64,000 bases of DNA from Amoebidium appalachense (taxonomy: Eukaryota > Protista > Ichthyosporea), in NCBI GenBank assembly GCA_963693365.1, contig CAVNZM010000005.1, positions 11,493,728 to 11,557,727 on the forward strand. The letters are read 5' to 3'. The translations under genes and the position numbers were made by a program. Positions 39,101 to 54,100 of the stretch are shown piece after piece. The notes below the pieces were generated by a model. The model saw only the letters and a list, made by a program, of their open reading frames with translations, ran no database searches and was not told the origin of the DNA. The stretch's first letter is position 1. Every line of letters begins with the position of its first letter.

Positions 39101-42100
39101 TGTGACGGCCAGCTCGGAGCTCGGGTTGCTGGCGTTTAGCAGCCGTACAAGAACGTTGCTGAAGCCAGCGTCACCTGTAGGGCTGCCATCACCGTTGATG
39201 TCACGGAACACGCGGCCCTTCACGGTGTTGATGGCTGTGCGCATGCCGAACAATATGTCCGCACACTTCTTGCTAGTCACCGTGAATGTAAACTCGCCGT
39301 CCATGATGCCATCACGATCAAAGATGACCTCGATGTTTGCTGGTTTCACCACCCGCACGGTGTACGTGCCGACGTTCAACTCCCAGCGGATACGGCCTTG
39401 CTTGTCCGTCATGTTGCGCATGATCACCTGCCCGTCGCTGTTGAGCAACTCCACGGTGATGTTGGGGAATGCCGCACGGGGCAGATCGTAGCCGTTCTGG
39501 TAGTCTTGGCGGAAAATGTTGATGGTCTGTGGGCATGTCACCACCTTGAGGCCAAAGATGACCTCGGCGGGGGCGAGGGAGGTGAGGGTCACGGAAGCAA
39601 AGCCGTCGCGAGTACGGCCGGGCTGGTAGTTGACCGTGGAGCCGTTGGGCACCGTGATGCGCACGGCATAAGTGCCTGCTTGCTGGGGCGGGAAGGCAAA
39701 TGCACCGTTTGCGTCGGTGGTGGTGGTGGCAATAACCTTGCCCGTGCTGTCCAAGAGATTAACGGGGATGCCGGCTATGCCTGGGTCACCCTCAGGCAGC
39801 TTGTCGTCGTTCTTGTCGTTGAGCACCTTGCCGATGATGGGCTGGGCCAGGGGCTTCACACCAAATGTTACATTCACATCCTTGGTGGGGAGCAGGCTAA
39901 AGGCTGACAGGCCGTCGCGTGCTTGAATGGGGCCCTTCTGGTAGCTGAGTGTCGTGCCGGTAGGGTAGTCGATGCGCACACCATAGTCACCAACCTTCTG
40001 ATTGGGGAAGCTGAACTGGCCCTCGGCATCGGTGCGTACCGAAGCCAGAACGTTGCCGCGGCCATCAAGCAGACGCACAACGACACTGGCCACAGGGCGA
40101 TCGGCCGTGGCCTCACCATCCTGATCGGCATCCAGCAGCACGGTGCCGGTGATGTTCTGGGTGGTGTCCAGAAGACCAAACACCACACGCTCATCCCTAC
40201 CCTGCCTGACCGTGAGAGACACCTTGCCGTCCTTGGTAGTGCCAGTCTCGTAGCTGATGCCCAGCTCAGGGGGCACAGTCAACTGCACGGTGTAGTCACC
40301 CAGCAACACGTTGTCGAAGCGGAAGATGCCGCCCGGGCCAGTCTTGGTGGACTGAATGCTGACACCCTTGCTGTTGTACAGGGTTACAACCATGCCCACC
40401 AAGCCCTCGTCGGAGGGGTCTTCGGTGCCGTCCAGGTTGCCATCCTTTAGCACCTTGCCGTAAATGTTCTGCATCACGGGCCGGATGCCAAAGATCATAT
40501 CCACAGGCACACCCGTGACGACGGTCACAGGTGCAACGCCATCAACACCACCGGTGGGCTGGTATGCATGCTCAAAGCCGTCTGGTGCAGTAATGCGGAC
40601 GGTATAGTTGCCCTGGAGCACGTTGGGGAAACGGTAGCTGCCATCAGGGCCGGTGGTGGTGGTCTGGACAACCTTGCCGTTGATATCCACGAGTACTACC
40701 GTGACACTAGGCATGCCGCGGTCGGCAGTGGGCACATTGTCACGGTTGTCGTCCACAAGAACCTTGCCGGTGATGGTCTGAACGGCCGGCTTGATGCCGA
40801 AATTGACGGTGCCGGGGCGGTCATTGGTGGTGATTACCACCGTGGATCCGTCCGTCTTGGCATCGCCGTCGTAGCTGATCAGGTGGTTGGTGGGGATGCC
40901 AATGACCACCGTGTAGTTACCGGGGTACAGCTTATCAAAGCGGTAGTTGCCACTGGCATCGGTGGTGGTCTGCCCCTTAACTGCACCTGACGCATCAACT
41001 AGGCGCACCGGCACACCGGGTACACCCTGGACGTCATTGGCTGGGCCGTTGCCCTCGCTGTCCAGGAGCACACGGCCCTGCACAATGGCATTGCTGGCAA
41101 CCCCGAGACCAAAGTATACGTCGCTGGTCTTACCGGCGATCATATTGACCACAGTGCTACCATCCTTGACGTTATCAGCGTCGTACAACACCACAGTGTT
41201 GGCAGGAGGCACGATCTTGACCGTGTACTGACCCTGCTCAATGTTGCGGAAGTTGTAACGACCGCTGATGTCCGTAACAGCCGTGGCGATAACCTGGCCC
41301 TGGGCGTTGACGAGAGACACCGTCACGTTTGGCATCGGTGTAACAGACGTGTTGTATGCGTCGCCCATGAACACAACAGCAGTGATGTGGCAGACGGCAG
41401 GCTTAATGCCGAAGATCACATCCACTGGGGTGTCGGGGTCGACGGTGACGTCAGTCTCACCATCGGGAAGACCATCGGGGTCATAGGCATAGACATAGCC
41501 ATCCGGTAGGGTCCATTCGACCACGTACTGGTCAACGCGCACGCCGTCAAAGACGAAGCGACCGTTGGCGTCCGTGCGAGTTTTGTTTACGACCTGGCCG
41601 TCCAGGAGCAGACGCACCTCAATGCCCGGAACGCCGGGGTCGTTGGGTGCCTTGCCATCCTTGTTGACGTCCAGGAGAATGGCACCGGTGACCTTGCCAA
41701 TGTACTTGGTGCATGATACACCGTTGCCCGTGTAGCCGTCCTTGCATTGGCAGACATAGCTGCCTCGGGTGTTTTCGCAGTCAGCTTTGGGGTCGCAGGG
41801 GGAATTGTATCCAGCACATTCATCCTCATCCAATAGGGCAAAGTCGACATCCGCCATCCGGGTACCGGGGGGCAGAGTGACGGCGGTCCGGCTGTCGCTG
41901 TTTCCGTCCTTGTCAAAGCCGGAACGAGCAAAGCCATTGGGTAAAGTGGTGGGTTCCAGACGGACGACATAGTTTCCAGTAGTGAGGTTGCCGAATGTGT
42001 AGAAGCCCTTCGAGTCGGTTACAGTTTTCGTTTGTACGTTCTGAGAGTTGATGAGAATTACGGTCACGTTTGCAGCAGGTTTTTCAGTGACGTCAAAGAC

Positions 42101-45100
42101 GCCGTCGTTGTTGTCGTCGATCCATACAGTATCTCCAATGCTACCCAGCTGCTGTGTGCACTGGGTGCCTACTCCTTCATATCCGTAGCCGCACTGGCAA
42201 GTGAAGCTGCCGGCCGTGTTGGTGCAGTTGGCCGTGCTGGCGCAGTTGTGCGTCTTGAGGGTGCACTCGTTCACATCGAGGAAGGCAAAGTCAATATCCG
42301 TAACACGGGCGTTGTAAGGTACAGTAACGGCCGTCTTTGCGTCGTTAGCCCCGTCCTTGTCGTAGCCCGGGTTGCGGATACCAAAAGGCACGGTGGTGGT
42401 CTCCACAGCCACGCTGTAGTTGCCGACAGGTACGTTGGTGAACAGGTAGCGGCCCGTCGAGTCTGTGGCAACCTTTGTGACCAGGTTGCCTGCCGCATCC
42501 ACAAGAGCCACGGTGATATTGGCCAGCAGACGCTCGGCTGTGTCGTACTTGCTGTTTGCATTGACGTCGAACCATAGGATGCCAGTAACGCTGCCGACCA
42601 TTCGCGTGCAGGTAACGCCATCACCGGTGAAACCAGCATCACATTGACAGCTGAAGCTGCCCACATTGTTGCTGCAGGTGGCGTTTTCGTCGCAGTTGTG
42701 CTTCCTTTGGTTGTCTGTGCACTCGTTGATGTCCAGAACGGCAAAGTCGGCGTCGGTCACACGTGCACCGGCGTCCAGGTCAACCACGGTTTTGCCATCC
42801 CGGATTCCGTCACGGTCATAGCCGAAAGAGCGCAGGCCCACAGGGATGGTGTTGGCATCGACCGTGATTGTGTACAAGCCCTCTGGCAAACCAGTGAAGA
42901 TGTACTTGCCCTGGGAATCGGTGGTTGTGGTGCGTGCAGCGCCTGCTGCCGTGGTGAGGGTAACCACAACGTTGGGAAGAGGTGGCTCCGTGCTATTCTG
43001 GATGCCGTCATTGTTGACGTCGACCCAAAGAGTGTCGCCGATAGAGCCCAGAAGTTGGGTGCAGTTGGTTCCCTGGCCGCTGTAACCCCGAGTGCAGTTG
43101 CATGTGAAGCTGCCCACTGTGTTGGTGCAGTTGGCGTTGGCATCGCAATTGTGCAACTTGCTGGTGCATTCGTTGACATCGATAAAACCGAAGTCCACGT
43201 CGAGAATGTTGGCACCTGGGGCAAGGTTAACAGCAGTCTTGGCGTCATTGCCACCGTCCTTGTCGTAGCCAGGGTTGCGCATGCCCACGGGAACAGTGTT
43301 GGTGTTGACAACAACGATGTAGTTGCCCGTGGGAAGGTCGGCAAACTTGTAGTTGCCACTGCTGTCGGTGGTGGTGTTGGCTATGACCTTGCTCTGAGCA
43401 TCCGTCAGAACAACAATGACGCTGGGTAGGCCAGTTTCAGACCCGTCACGCTTGTTGCTCTTGTCGGCGTCGAACCACACGTTGCCGGCAATGGAGCCGA
43501 GCAGCTGCGTGCACTTGTTATCGTAGCCACCCTCGTAGCCATAGTTGCATGCGCACTGGAAGCTGCCGAACGTGTTGGTACACTTGGCGTTAGGGTCACA
43601 GTTGTGGGACTTCAGCAGACACTCGTCAACATCGTTGTAGCCAAAGTCAACGTCAACCAGTGAGGCGCCGGGAGCAAGAGACACCAACGCCTTGCTGTCC
43701 TGGCCGCCATCCTTGTCGTACACTGCCTTGCGGAAGCCGGCGGGAACCGTGTTGACATCAACAGTGACTGTGTAGGTGCCCGTGACCAGACCCGCAAACT
43801 GGTATTTGCCTGAAGCGTCAGTCTGTGTTCGCATAACCTGCCCTGTTGGCGTGGTAAGGAAGACGACAACGTTGGCAAGGCCGGTCTCGTTGTTGTCCTG
43901 AACACCGTTACCATTGGCATCCACCCACACCGTATCGCCGATGGAGCCAACCAGCTGTGTGCAGTTAACCCCATTGCCGGTGTAGCCTGCATTGCATGCG
44001 CAGGTGAAGCTGCCGTCGGTGTTGGTGCAGGTGCCATGCTGGTTGCAGTTGTCCGTTCCATCAGTGCACTCATCCTTGTCCAGGAAGGCAAAGTTCACGT
44101 TGTTTACCTTGCCACCGGGGGGAAGGCTTACAACCCCCTTGGAATCGGCCCCACCATCAATGTCGTAACCAGGGACACGGAAGCCAGCAGGGACCGTGGT
44201 CTGGTTTACAACCAGTGTGTACTGATTGGAAGGAAGCCCAAAGAACTGGTAGCGGCCAGCAGAGTCGGTTGTGGTGGTGGCTACAACAGCACCTTGCTTG
44301 TTGAGGAGCGTAACCATGACATTGCCTAGGAAGGTTTCTGAAGGATCGATCTGCCCGTTGGCATACTTGTCAACCCACACAGTGCCATTAATTTGTCCCA
44401 ACAACTGAGAGCAGGATGTCCCAGAAGTGCCGGTGCCGTTGTTGGCATACCCGAAGTTGCAGGCACACGTGAAGCTGCCCACGGTATTGGTGCAGTTGGC
44501 ATTGGCGTCGCAGTTGTGCTGCAGCTGGTAGTCCGTGCACTCGTTGATGTCCAGGAACGCAAAGTCCACATCCGTCAGGCGGCTACCCGGCTGCAGGTCC
44601 ACAGCCGTGCGGCTGTCACGGCCACCGTCACGGTCATAGCCCGAGCGGCGCACACCAGCAGGCACAGTGCTGGTGTCAACAGCCACCTGGTAGCGGCCCA
44701 TGGGCAGGCCAGTGAACAGGTACTTGCCCTGGGCATCGGTTGTGGTGCGCTGCGTGTGGCCATCTGGAAGGGTCAGGATCACAGTGGCGCCTGCAAGGCC
44801 CTTCTCGTCGGCATCCTGCACGCCGTTTTCGGTGGTCTCAACCCACACAGTGTCGCCGATGGAGCCCAGCAGTTGTGTGCAGTTGGTCCCCTCGCCGTCG
44901 TAGCCCAGCTCGCAGGAGCATGTGAAGGACCCGGCCGTGTTGGTGCAGTTTGCGTTGCTGTGACAATTATGGGCCTTCGTCGTGCACTCGTTGATATCCA
45001 GCCAGCCAAAATCAACGTCAACTTCGTTGTTACCTGGAGACAGTGGAACAACCGTCCGACCGTCCTTCCCACCGTCTTTATCGTAGCCGACTGTACGCCA

Positions 45101-48100
45101 GCCAGCAGGGATAGTGTTGGTGGTGACCGTCACAGTGTAAGTACCAAACGGCAGTTCAATGGCCTTGTAGCGGCCTTGCGCATCGGTGGTGATGTTGGCC
45201 ACCATCCGGCCCTGTGCGTCCGTCACAATGACAGACACACCGGCCAGGGGTTTCTCCGTGGTGTCCAGCTTGTCGTTGGCGTTGGCATCGGCCCACACCT
45301 GCCCAGCAATGGTGCCGAGGATGAGGTCGCAGGCCACGCCATAGCCAGCCTGGTAGCCGTAGTTGCAGAAGCACGTGAAGCTGCCGGCCGTGTTGGTGCA
45401 GTTGGCATTCTTGTCGCAGTTGTGCGTCTTGAGGGTGCACTCATCAACGTCATTGTAGCCAAAGTCGATGTCCGTGACTGTGGCTCCCGGCGCAAGAACC
45501 ACCTTGCTGGTGCTGTCAAGGCCGCCATCCTTGTCGTACACGGCCTTGCGGAAACCAGCAGGGACCGTGTTGATGTCCACCGCCACAGTGTAGGTGCCCA
45601 TGAACAGCCCGTTGAAAGTGTAGCGGCCCTGGGCATCCGTGGTGGTCCGGGTCACCTTGCCATCTGCACCGGTCAGGGTGATGGTGACATTGGCAAGCGG
45701 GCGCTCCCCGGCATCAACCACACCGTTCCTGTTGGTATCCACCCACACGGTGTCGCCAATGGAACCAAGAAGCTGGGTGCAGTTGACACCATTGCCTGTG
45801 TAGCCAACATTGCAGGCACACATGAAGCTGCCAACAGTATTGTTGCAGGTGGCCTCCTGGTCGCAGTTGTGCTGCAGCTGGTAGTCAGTGCACTCGTTGA
45901 TGTCCAGCAGCGCAAAGTCAACATCCACCAGCCGCTCACCGGGCTTGAGGGCCGTGGTGGCCTTGCCGTCCCGTCCCCCGTCCTTGTCGTAGCCTGCCCG
46001 GCGCACACCAACGGGCACCGTGGCCAGATCGATGGTGACGGTGTAGTTGCCAATCGGCAGGCTGCTGAACAGGTACTTGCCCTGCGCGTCAGTCGTGGTC
46101 GTCTGGGTCTTGCCGGCAGAGTCGGTCAGGGTGACCTTCACACCGGCTTGGCCCTTCTCCTCCACATCAATCACACCATTGTTATCCAAATCCATCCACA
46201 CGGTGTCACCAATGCTGCCAAGCAGCTGTGTGCAGTTGGTGCCTGCACCCTCGTAGCCCACCTGACACTGACACGTGAAGCTGCCAAGCGTGTTGCTGCA
46301 GGTGGCCTCTGCAGCGCAGTTGTGCAGCTTGTCAGTGCACTCGTTGATGTCCACAAAACCAAAGTCAACCTCGGTGACGGTGGTGTTGACCACAACAGTC
46401 ACAGCCGTCACGGCATCGCGACCGCCGTCCTTGTCGTAGCCGGGCTTGCGGATGCCAGCAGGCACGGTGTTCACCTCCACCTGGACCTTGTAGGGCCCCG
46501 TGGGCACCTTGGTGAAGCTGTAGTAGCCCTTGTCGTCGGTCACGGCCTTAGCCACCACCGCACCAGCGGCGTCCAGAAGGGCCACGGTGACACCCGACAG
46601 CACCTGCTCGGTGGCCTCGATGTCGTCGTTGGCGTTCTGGTCGAACCACAGCACACCCTCCACAGCCCCCAGCTGGCGGGTGCAGTCAACCCCTGTGCCC
46701 TCATAGCCAGCAATGCAGGCACACGTGAAGCTGCCCACGGTGTTGGTGCAGTTGGCATTGGCGTCGCAGTTGTGCTGCAGCTGGTAGTCCGTGCACTCGT
46801 TGATATCTAGGAACGCAAAATCAACATCCGTCAAACGGCCACCGGGGGGAAGGTCAACAGCCGTGCGGCTGTCACGGCCACCGTCACGGTCATAGCCCGA
46901 GCGGCGCACACCAGCAGGCACAGTGCTGGTGTTGACGGCCACCTGGTAGCGGCCCACTGGCAGGCCGGTGAACAGGTATTTGCCCTGGGCATCGGTTGTG
47001 GTGCGTTGCGTGCGGCCATCCGGGAAAGTCAGAATCACGGTGACGCCAGCAAGGCCCTTCTCGTCGGCATCATGTACGCCGTTTTCAGTGGTCTCAACCC
47101 ACACGGTGTCGCCGATGGAGCCCAGCAGTTGCGTGCAGTTGGTGCCCTCGCCGTCGTAGCCCAGCTCGCACGAGCATGTGAAGGAGCCGGCCGTGTTGGT
47201 GCAATTTGCGTGAGCATCGCAGTTGTGCACCTTAGTGGTACACTCGTTGATGTCCAGCCATCCAAAGTCAACGTCAACAACATTCGTCCCTGGGGGCAGT
47301 ACAACGACTGTCCGGCCGTCCTTCCCACCGTCCTTATCGTAGCCGGCGGTGCGCCAGCCGGCAGGGATAGTGTTGGTGGTGACCGTCACAGTGTAAGCAC
47401 CAAACGGCAGGTCAATAGCCTTGTAGCGACCCTGGGCATCGGTGGTGGTGTTGGCCACCATCCGGCCCTGTGCGTCCGTCACAATGACAGACACACCGGC
47501 CAGGGGTTTCTCCGTGGTGTCCAGCTTGTCGTTGGCGTTGGCATCGGCCCACACCTGCCCAGCAATGGTGCCGAGGATGAGGTCGCAGGCCACGCCATAG
47601 CCAGCCTGGTAGCCGTAGTTGCAGCCGCACGTGAAGCTGCCGGCCGTGTTGGTGCAGTTGGCATTCTTGTCGCAGTTGTGCGTGTTGAGGGTGCACTCAT
47701 CAACATCATTGTAGCCAAAGTCGATGTCCGTGACTGTGGCTCCCGGCGCAAGAACCACCTTGCTGGTGCTGTCAAGGCCGCCATCCTTGTCGTACACGGC
47801 CTTGCGGAAACCAGCAGGGACCGTGTTGATGTCCACGGCCACAGTGTAGGTGCCCATGAACAGCCCGTTGAAAGTGTAGCGGCCCTGTGCGTCCGTGGTG
47901 GTCCGTGTCACTTTGCCATCTGCACCGGTCAGGGTGACGGTGACATTGGCAAGCGTGCGCTCCCCAGCATCAATCACGCCATCGTTGTTGGTATCCACCC
48001 ACACGGTGTCGCCAATGGAGCCGAGCAGCTGTGTGCAGGTGACCCCGTTGCCGGTGTAGCCAACATTGCAGGCACACGTGAAGCTACCAACAGTGTTTGT

Positions 48101-51100
48101 GCATGTGGACGAATTGCTGCAGTTGTCCAGCTGCTTGGTGCATTCATCGACATCAACAAAAGCAAAGTCAACCGGGGCGACCGTTGCGCCGGGCTTTGCA
48201 ACCACTGAGGCACGAGAGTCATTGCCACCATCTTGGTCAAAGCCAGGGTTGCGGATGCCTGGGGACACTGTGCTGACGTCGACCACTACCTGGTAGGTGG
48301 CAGGGAGAACACCAACAAAACTGTAGCTGCCATCAGCATTGGTAGTTGTGGTGGCGACCGTCTTTCCAGCTGCATCTACCAGGTTCAGCGTGATGCTGGG
48401 GAGGCCTTTCTCTGCACCGTTGAGGTTGTTGGATTTGTCTTCGTCAAACCAGACCTTGCCTGTGATATTAGCAAGCAGAAGGTTGCAGGAGGTGCCAGTG
48501 CCGCCGTAGCCGGTGGCGCATGAGCATGAAAAGCTGCCCACGGTGTTGGTGCAGTTGGCGTGGGCGTCACAGTTGTGCTTCTTGTCGGCACACTCATCAA
48601 CATCATCATAGCCAAAGTCAATGTCGGTAAGTTTGGTGCCCGGACTCAATGACACAGCTGTAGCACTGTCCTTACCGCCATCCTTGTCAAAGACGGCACG
48701 GCGGAAACCGGTGGGGATTGTGTTGATATCAACACTGACGGTGTAGTTTCCATACGTAAGGTCGGAGAAAGAGTAAGTCCCTTGGGAAGATGTGGTGGTG
48801 TTCTTGGTGTTGCCGTTGAAATCCTTAAGAATTACGGCCACACCCGGAATTCCCCTCTCGTCTGCCTCCTGAACACCGTTCTCGTTTGCGTCAATCCACA
48901 CAGTGTCACCGATTGAGCCGAGAAGCTGGGAGCAATCAACCCCTGTGCCAGCATACCCGTACGGGCAGGTGCAAGTGAAGGAGCCAAGTGTGTTGGTGCA
49001 ATTAGCCTTGGGATCGCAGTTGTGGGCGTTCGTGCTGCACTCGTTGATGTCCAGCCAGCCAAAGTCAACGTCAACAACATTGTCGCCTGGCAGGAGTGCT
49101 ACAACTGTCCGGGCGTCCTTTCCACCGTCCTTGTCATAGCCGGCGGTGCGCCAACCGGCAGGGATAGTGTTGGTGGTAACTGTCACGGTGTAGTTGCCAA
49201 ACGGCAGGTCAATAGCCTTGTAGCGGCCCTGGGCATCGGTGGTGATGTTGGCCACCATCCGGCCCTGTGCGTCCGTCACAATGACAGACACACCCGCCAG
49301 AGGCTTCTCCGTGGTGTCAAGCTTGTCGTTGGCGTTGGCATCGGCCCACACCTGCCCAGCAATGGTGCCGAGGATGAGGTCGCAGGCCACGCCATAGCCA
49401 GCCTGGTAGCCGTAGTTGCAGCCGCACGTGAAGCTGCCGGCCGTGTTGGTGCAGTTGGCATTCTTGTCGCAGTTGTGCGTCTTGAGGGTGCACTCATCAA
49501 CGTCATTGTAGCCAAAGTCGATGTCCGTGACTGTGGCTCCCGGCGCAAGAACCACCTTGCTGGTGCTGTCAAGGCCGCCATCCTTGTCGTACACGGCCTT
49601 GCGGAAACCAGCAGGGACCGTGTTGATGTCCACGGCCACAGTGTAGGTGCCCATGAACAGCCCGTTGAAAGTGTAGCGACCCTGGGCATCCGTGGTGGTC
49701 CGGGTCACCTTGCCATCTGCACCGGTCAGGGTGACGGTGACATTGGCAAGCGTGCGCTCCCCAGCATCGACCACCCCATTGTTGTTGGCATCCACCCACA
49801 CGGTGTCGCCAATGAAACCAAGAAGCTGGGTGCAGTTGACGCCATTACCTGTGTAGCCAACATTGCAGGCGCACGTGAAGCTGCCGACAGTGTTGTTGCA
49901 GGTGGCCTCCTGGTCGCAATTGTGCTGCAGCTGGTAGTCAGTGCACTCGTTGATGTCCAGCAGCGCAAAGTCAACATCCACCAGCCGCTCACCGGGCTTG
50001 AGGGCTGTGGTGGCCCTGCCGTCCCGTCCCCCGTCCTTGTCGTAGCCGGCCCGGCGCACACCAACGGGCACCGTGGCCAGATCGATGGTGACGGTGTAGT
50101 TGCCAAACGGCAGGCTGCTGAACAGGTACTTGCCCTGCGTGTCAGTCGTGGTGGTCTGGGTCTTGCCGGCAGAGTCGGTCAGGGTGACCTTCACACCGGC
50201 TTGGCCCTTCTCCTCCACATCAATCACACCATTGTTATCCAAATCCACCCACACGGTGTCGCCAATGCTGCCAAGCAGCTGTGTGCAGTTGGTGCCTGCA
50301 CCCTCGTAGCCCACCTGACACTGGCACATGAAGCTGCCAAGGGTGTTGCTGCAGGTGGCCTCTGCAGCGCAGTTGTGCAGCTTGTCTGTGCACTCGTTGA
50401 TGTCCACAAAGCCAAAGTCAACCTCGGTGACGGTGGTGTTGACCACAACAGTCACAGACGTGACCGCATCGCGGCCGCCGTCCTTGTCGTAGCTGGGCTT
50501 GCGGATGCCAGCAGGCACGGTGTTCACCTCCACCTGGACCTTGTAGGGCCCCGTGGGCACCTTGGTGAAGCTGTAGTAGCCCTTGTCGTCGGTCACGGCC
50601 TTGGCCACCACCGCACCAGCGGCGTCCAGAAGGGCCACGGTGACACCCGACAGCACCTGCTCGGTGGCCTCGATGTCGTCGTTGGCGTTCGCGTCGAACC
50701 ACAGCACACCCTCCACAGCCCCCAGCTGGCGGGTGCAGTCAACTCCTGTGCCCTCATAGCCAGCAATGCAGGCACACGTGAAGCTGCCCACGGTGTTGGT
50801 GCAGTTGGCATTGGCGTCACAGTTGTGCTGCAGCTGGTAGTCCGTGCACTCGTTGATGTCGAGGAAAGCAAAGTCTACATCCGTAAGGCGGCCACCGGGC
50901 GGCAGGTCCACGGCCGTGCGGCTATCACGGCCACCATCGCGGTCATAGCCTGAGCGGCGCACACCAGCAGGCACAGTGCTGGTGTTGACGGTCACCTGGT
51001 AGCGGCCCAGTGGCAGGCCAGTAAACAGGTACTTGCCCTGGGCATCAGTTGTGGTGCGCTGCGTGCCACCATCCGGCAGGGTGAGAATCACGGTGACGCC

Positions 51101-54100
51101 AGCAAGGCCCTTCTCATCGGCATCCTGCACGCCGTTTTCGGTGGTTTCAACCCACACAGTGTCACCGATGGAGCCCAGCAGTTGCGTGCAGTTGGTGCCT
51201 TGGCCATCGTAGCCCAGCTCGCACGAGCATGTGAAGGAACCGGCCGTGTTGGTGCAGTTTGCGTGAACATCGCAGTTGTGCACCTTTGTGGTGCACTCGT
51301 TGATGTCCAGCCAACCAAAGTCAACATCAACAACATTGTCGCCTGGGGGTAGTACAACAACCGTCCGGCCGTCCTTCCCACCGTCCTTGTCATAGCCGGC
51401 GGTGCGCCAACCGGCAGGGATAGTGTTGGTGGTGACCGTCACGGTGTAGTTGCCAAACGGCAGGTCAATAGCCTTGTAGCGACCCTGGGCATCGGTGGTG
51501 ATGTTGGCCACCATCCGGCCCTGTGCGTCCGTCACAATGACAGACACACCGGCCAGGGGCTTCTCCGTGGTGTCCAGCTTGTCGTTGGCGTTTGCATCGG
51601 CCCACACCTGCCCAGCAATGGTGCCGAGGATGAGGTCGCAGGCCACGCCATAGCCAGCCTGGTAGCCGTAGTTGCAGCCGCACGTGAAGCTGCCGGCCGT
51701 GTTGGTACAGTTGGCATTCTGGTTGCAGTCGTGTGTTTTCAAAACACACTCGTTCAAATCTGCATAGGCGAAGTCGTTCTTGACGCTAGACTCACCCGGT
51801 AGAAGGGTAACAGCGATCTTGTTGTCCAGTCCTCCATCCTTGTCGAAGACTGGTTTTTGGAAACCAGCTGGTACCGTTTCAATCACAGCATGCACGGTAT
51901 AGTTGGCGGACAGCAGTCCCGTGAATTTGTATTGCCCAGCAGTATTTGTTGTCAGAGTGGCTACCGTCTTGCCCGACGCATCACGCAGGATAATCGTGAC
52001 GTTGGGGAGTGCCAGCTCCGTGGCATCTTGCACATTGTTGCTGTTGGCTTCGATCCAGACCGTACCGCTGATGTCCCCGAGCAGCTGGTTGCAGGATGTA
52101 CCCACCCCGGTGTAGCCGTAGTTGCAGGCACACGTAAAACTGCCGAAAGTGTTGGTGCATGTGGCATCGCCGTTGCAATTGTGACCCTTGTTGGTACATT
52201 CATTGACATCGTCATAGCCAAAATCGAAATCGAGCCGATTTTCTGCATGGTCAAGGGGGCCCTGCACCTTGTTGTCAAGGGTACCGTCTTTGTCATACAC
52301 AGGACGGCGGACCCCAGCGGGGATCGTTGTCACATCCACCAGCACTGTGTAGACATCTTTCGGAAGTCCGTTGAAAATGTACTTGCCGTTTGCATCCGTG
52401 CGGGTTGTCACAATCTTCCCGTTTGAAGCATTCAGACTAACGAGAACGTTGACTAATCCCTTCTCGTCTCCGTCCAGGACTCCGTTTTCGTTGGCGTCAA
52501 TCCAAACGGTGTCACCGATGGAACCAACCAGCTGGGTGCAGTTGACGCCATTACCGGTCCAACCGTCATTGCATGTGCACGTGAAGCTGCCGACAGTGTT
52601 GTTGCAGGTGGCCTCCTGGTCGCAGTTGTGCTGCAGCTGATAGTCAGTGCACTCGTTAATGTCCAGCAGCGCAAAGTCAACATCCACCAGCCGCTCACCG
52701 GGATTGAGGGCCGTGGTGGCCTTGCCGTCCCGTCCCCCATCCTTGTCGTAGCCAATCCGGCGCACACCAACAGGAACCGTTGTAAGGTCAATGAAGATGG
52801 TGTACGTCCCATGAGGAAGGTTGGTGAAAAGGTATTTGCCTTGAGCATCCGTTGTGGCAGTCTGGGTCTTGCCTGTAGCATCCGCGAGGGTAACCTTGAC
52901 ACCCGCTTGACCCTTCTCATTAACGTCCTGGACACCACTGTTGTCGGCATCCACCCACACGGTGTCGCCAATGCTGCCAAGCAGCTGTGTGCAGTTGGTG
53001 CCCTCACCCTCATAGCCGAACGCGCACTGGCAAGTGAAGCTCCCAGCAGTGTTTGTGCAATTGGCCGATACAGCGCAGTTGTGCAGCTTGTCTGTGCACT
53101 CGTTGATGTCCACAAAGCCAAAGTCAACCTCGGTGACGGTGGTGTTGACCACAACAGTCACAGACGTGACCGCATCGCGGCCGCCGTCCTTGTCGTAGCC
53201 GGGCTTGCGGATGCCAGCAGGCACGGTGTTCACCTCCACCTGGACCTTGTAGGGCCCCGTGGGCACCTTGGTGAAGCTGTAGTAGCCCTTGTCGTCGGTC
53301 ACGGCCTTAGCCACCACCGCACCAGCGGCGTCCAGAAGGGCCACGGTGACACCCGACAGCACCTGCTCGGTGGCCTCGATGTCGTCGTTGGCGTTATGGT
53401 CGAACCACAGCACACCCTCCACAGCCCCCAGCTGGCGGGTGCAGTCAACTCCTGTGCCCTCATAGCCAGCAATGCAGGCACACGTGAAGCTGCCCACGGT
53501 GTTGGTGCAGTTGGCATTGGCGTCGCAGTTGTGCTGCAGCTGGTAGTCCGTGCACTCGTTGATGTCGAAGAAAGCAAAGTCTACATCCGTAAGACGGCCA
53601 CCGGGCGGCAGGTCCACGGCCGTGCGGCTATCACGGCCACCATCGCGGTCATAGCCTGAGCGGCGCACACCAGCAGGCACAGTGCTGGTGTTGACGGTCA
53701 CCTGGTAGCGGCCCAGTGGCAGGCCAGTAAACAGGTACTTGCCCTGGGCATCAGTTGTGGTGCGCTGCGTGCCACCATCCGGCAGGGTGAGAATCACGGT
53801 GACGCTAGCAAGGCCCTTCTCATCGGCATCCTGCACGCCATTTTCGGTGGTTTCAACCCACACAGTGTCGCCGATGGAGCCCAGCAGTTGCGTGCAGTTG
53901 GTGCCCTGGCCATCGTAGCCCAGCTCACACGAGCATGTGAAAGAACCGGCCGTGTTGGTGCAGTTTGCGTGAACATCGCAGTTGTGCACCTTTGTGGTGC
54001 ACTCGTTGATGTCCAGCCAACCAAAGTCAACATCAACAACATTGTCGCCTGGGGGTAGTACAACAACCGTCCGGCCGTCCTTCCCACCGTCCTTATCGTA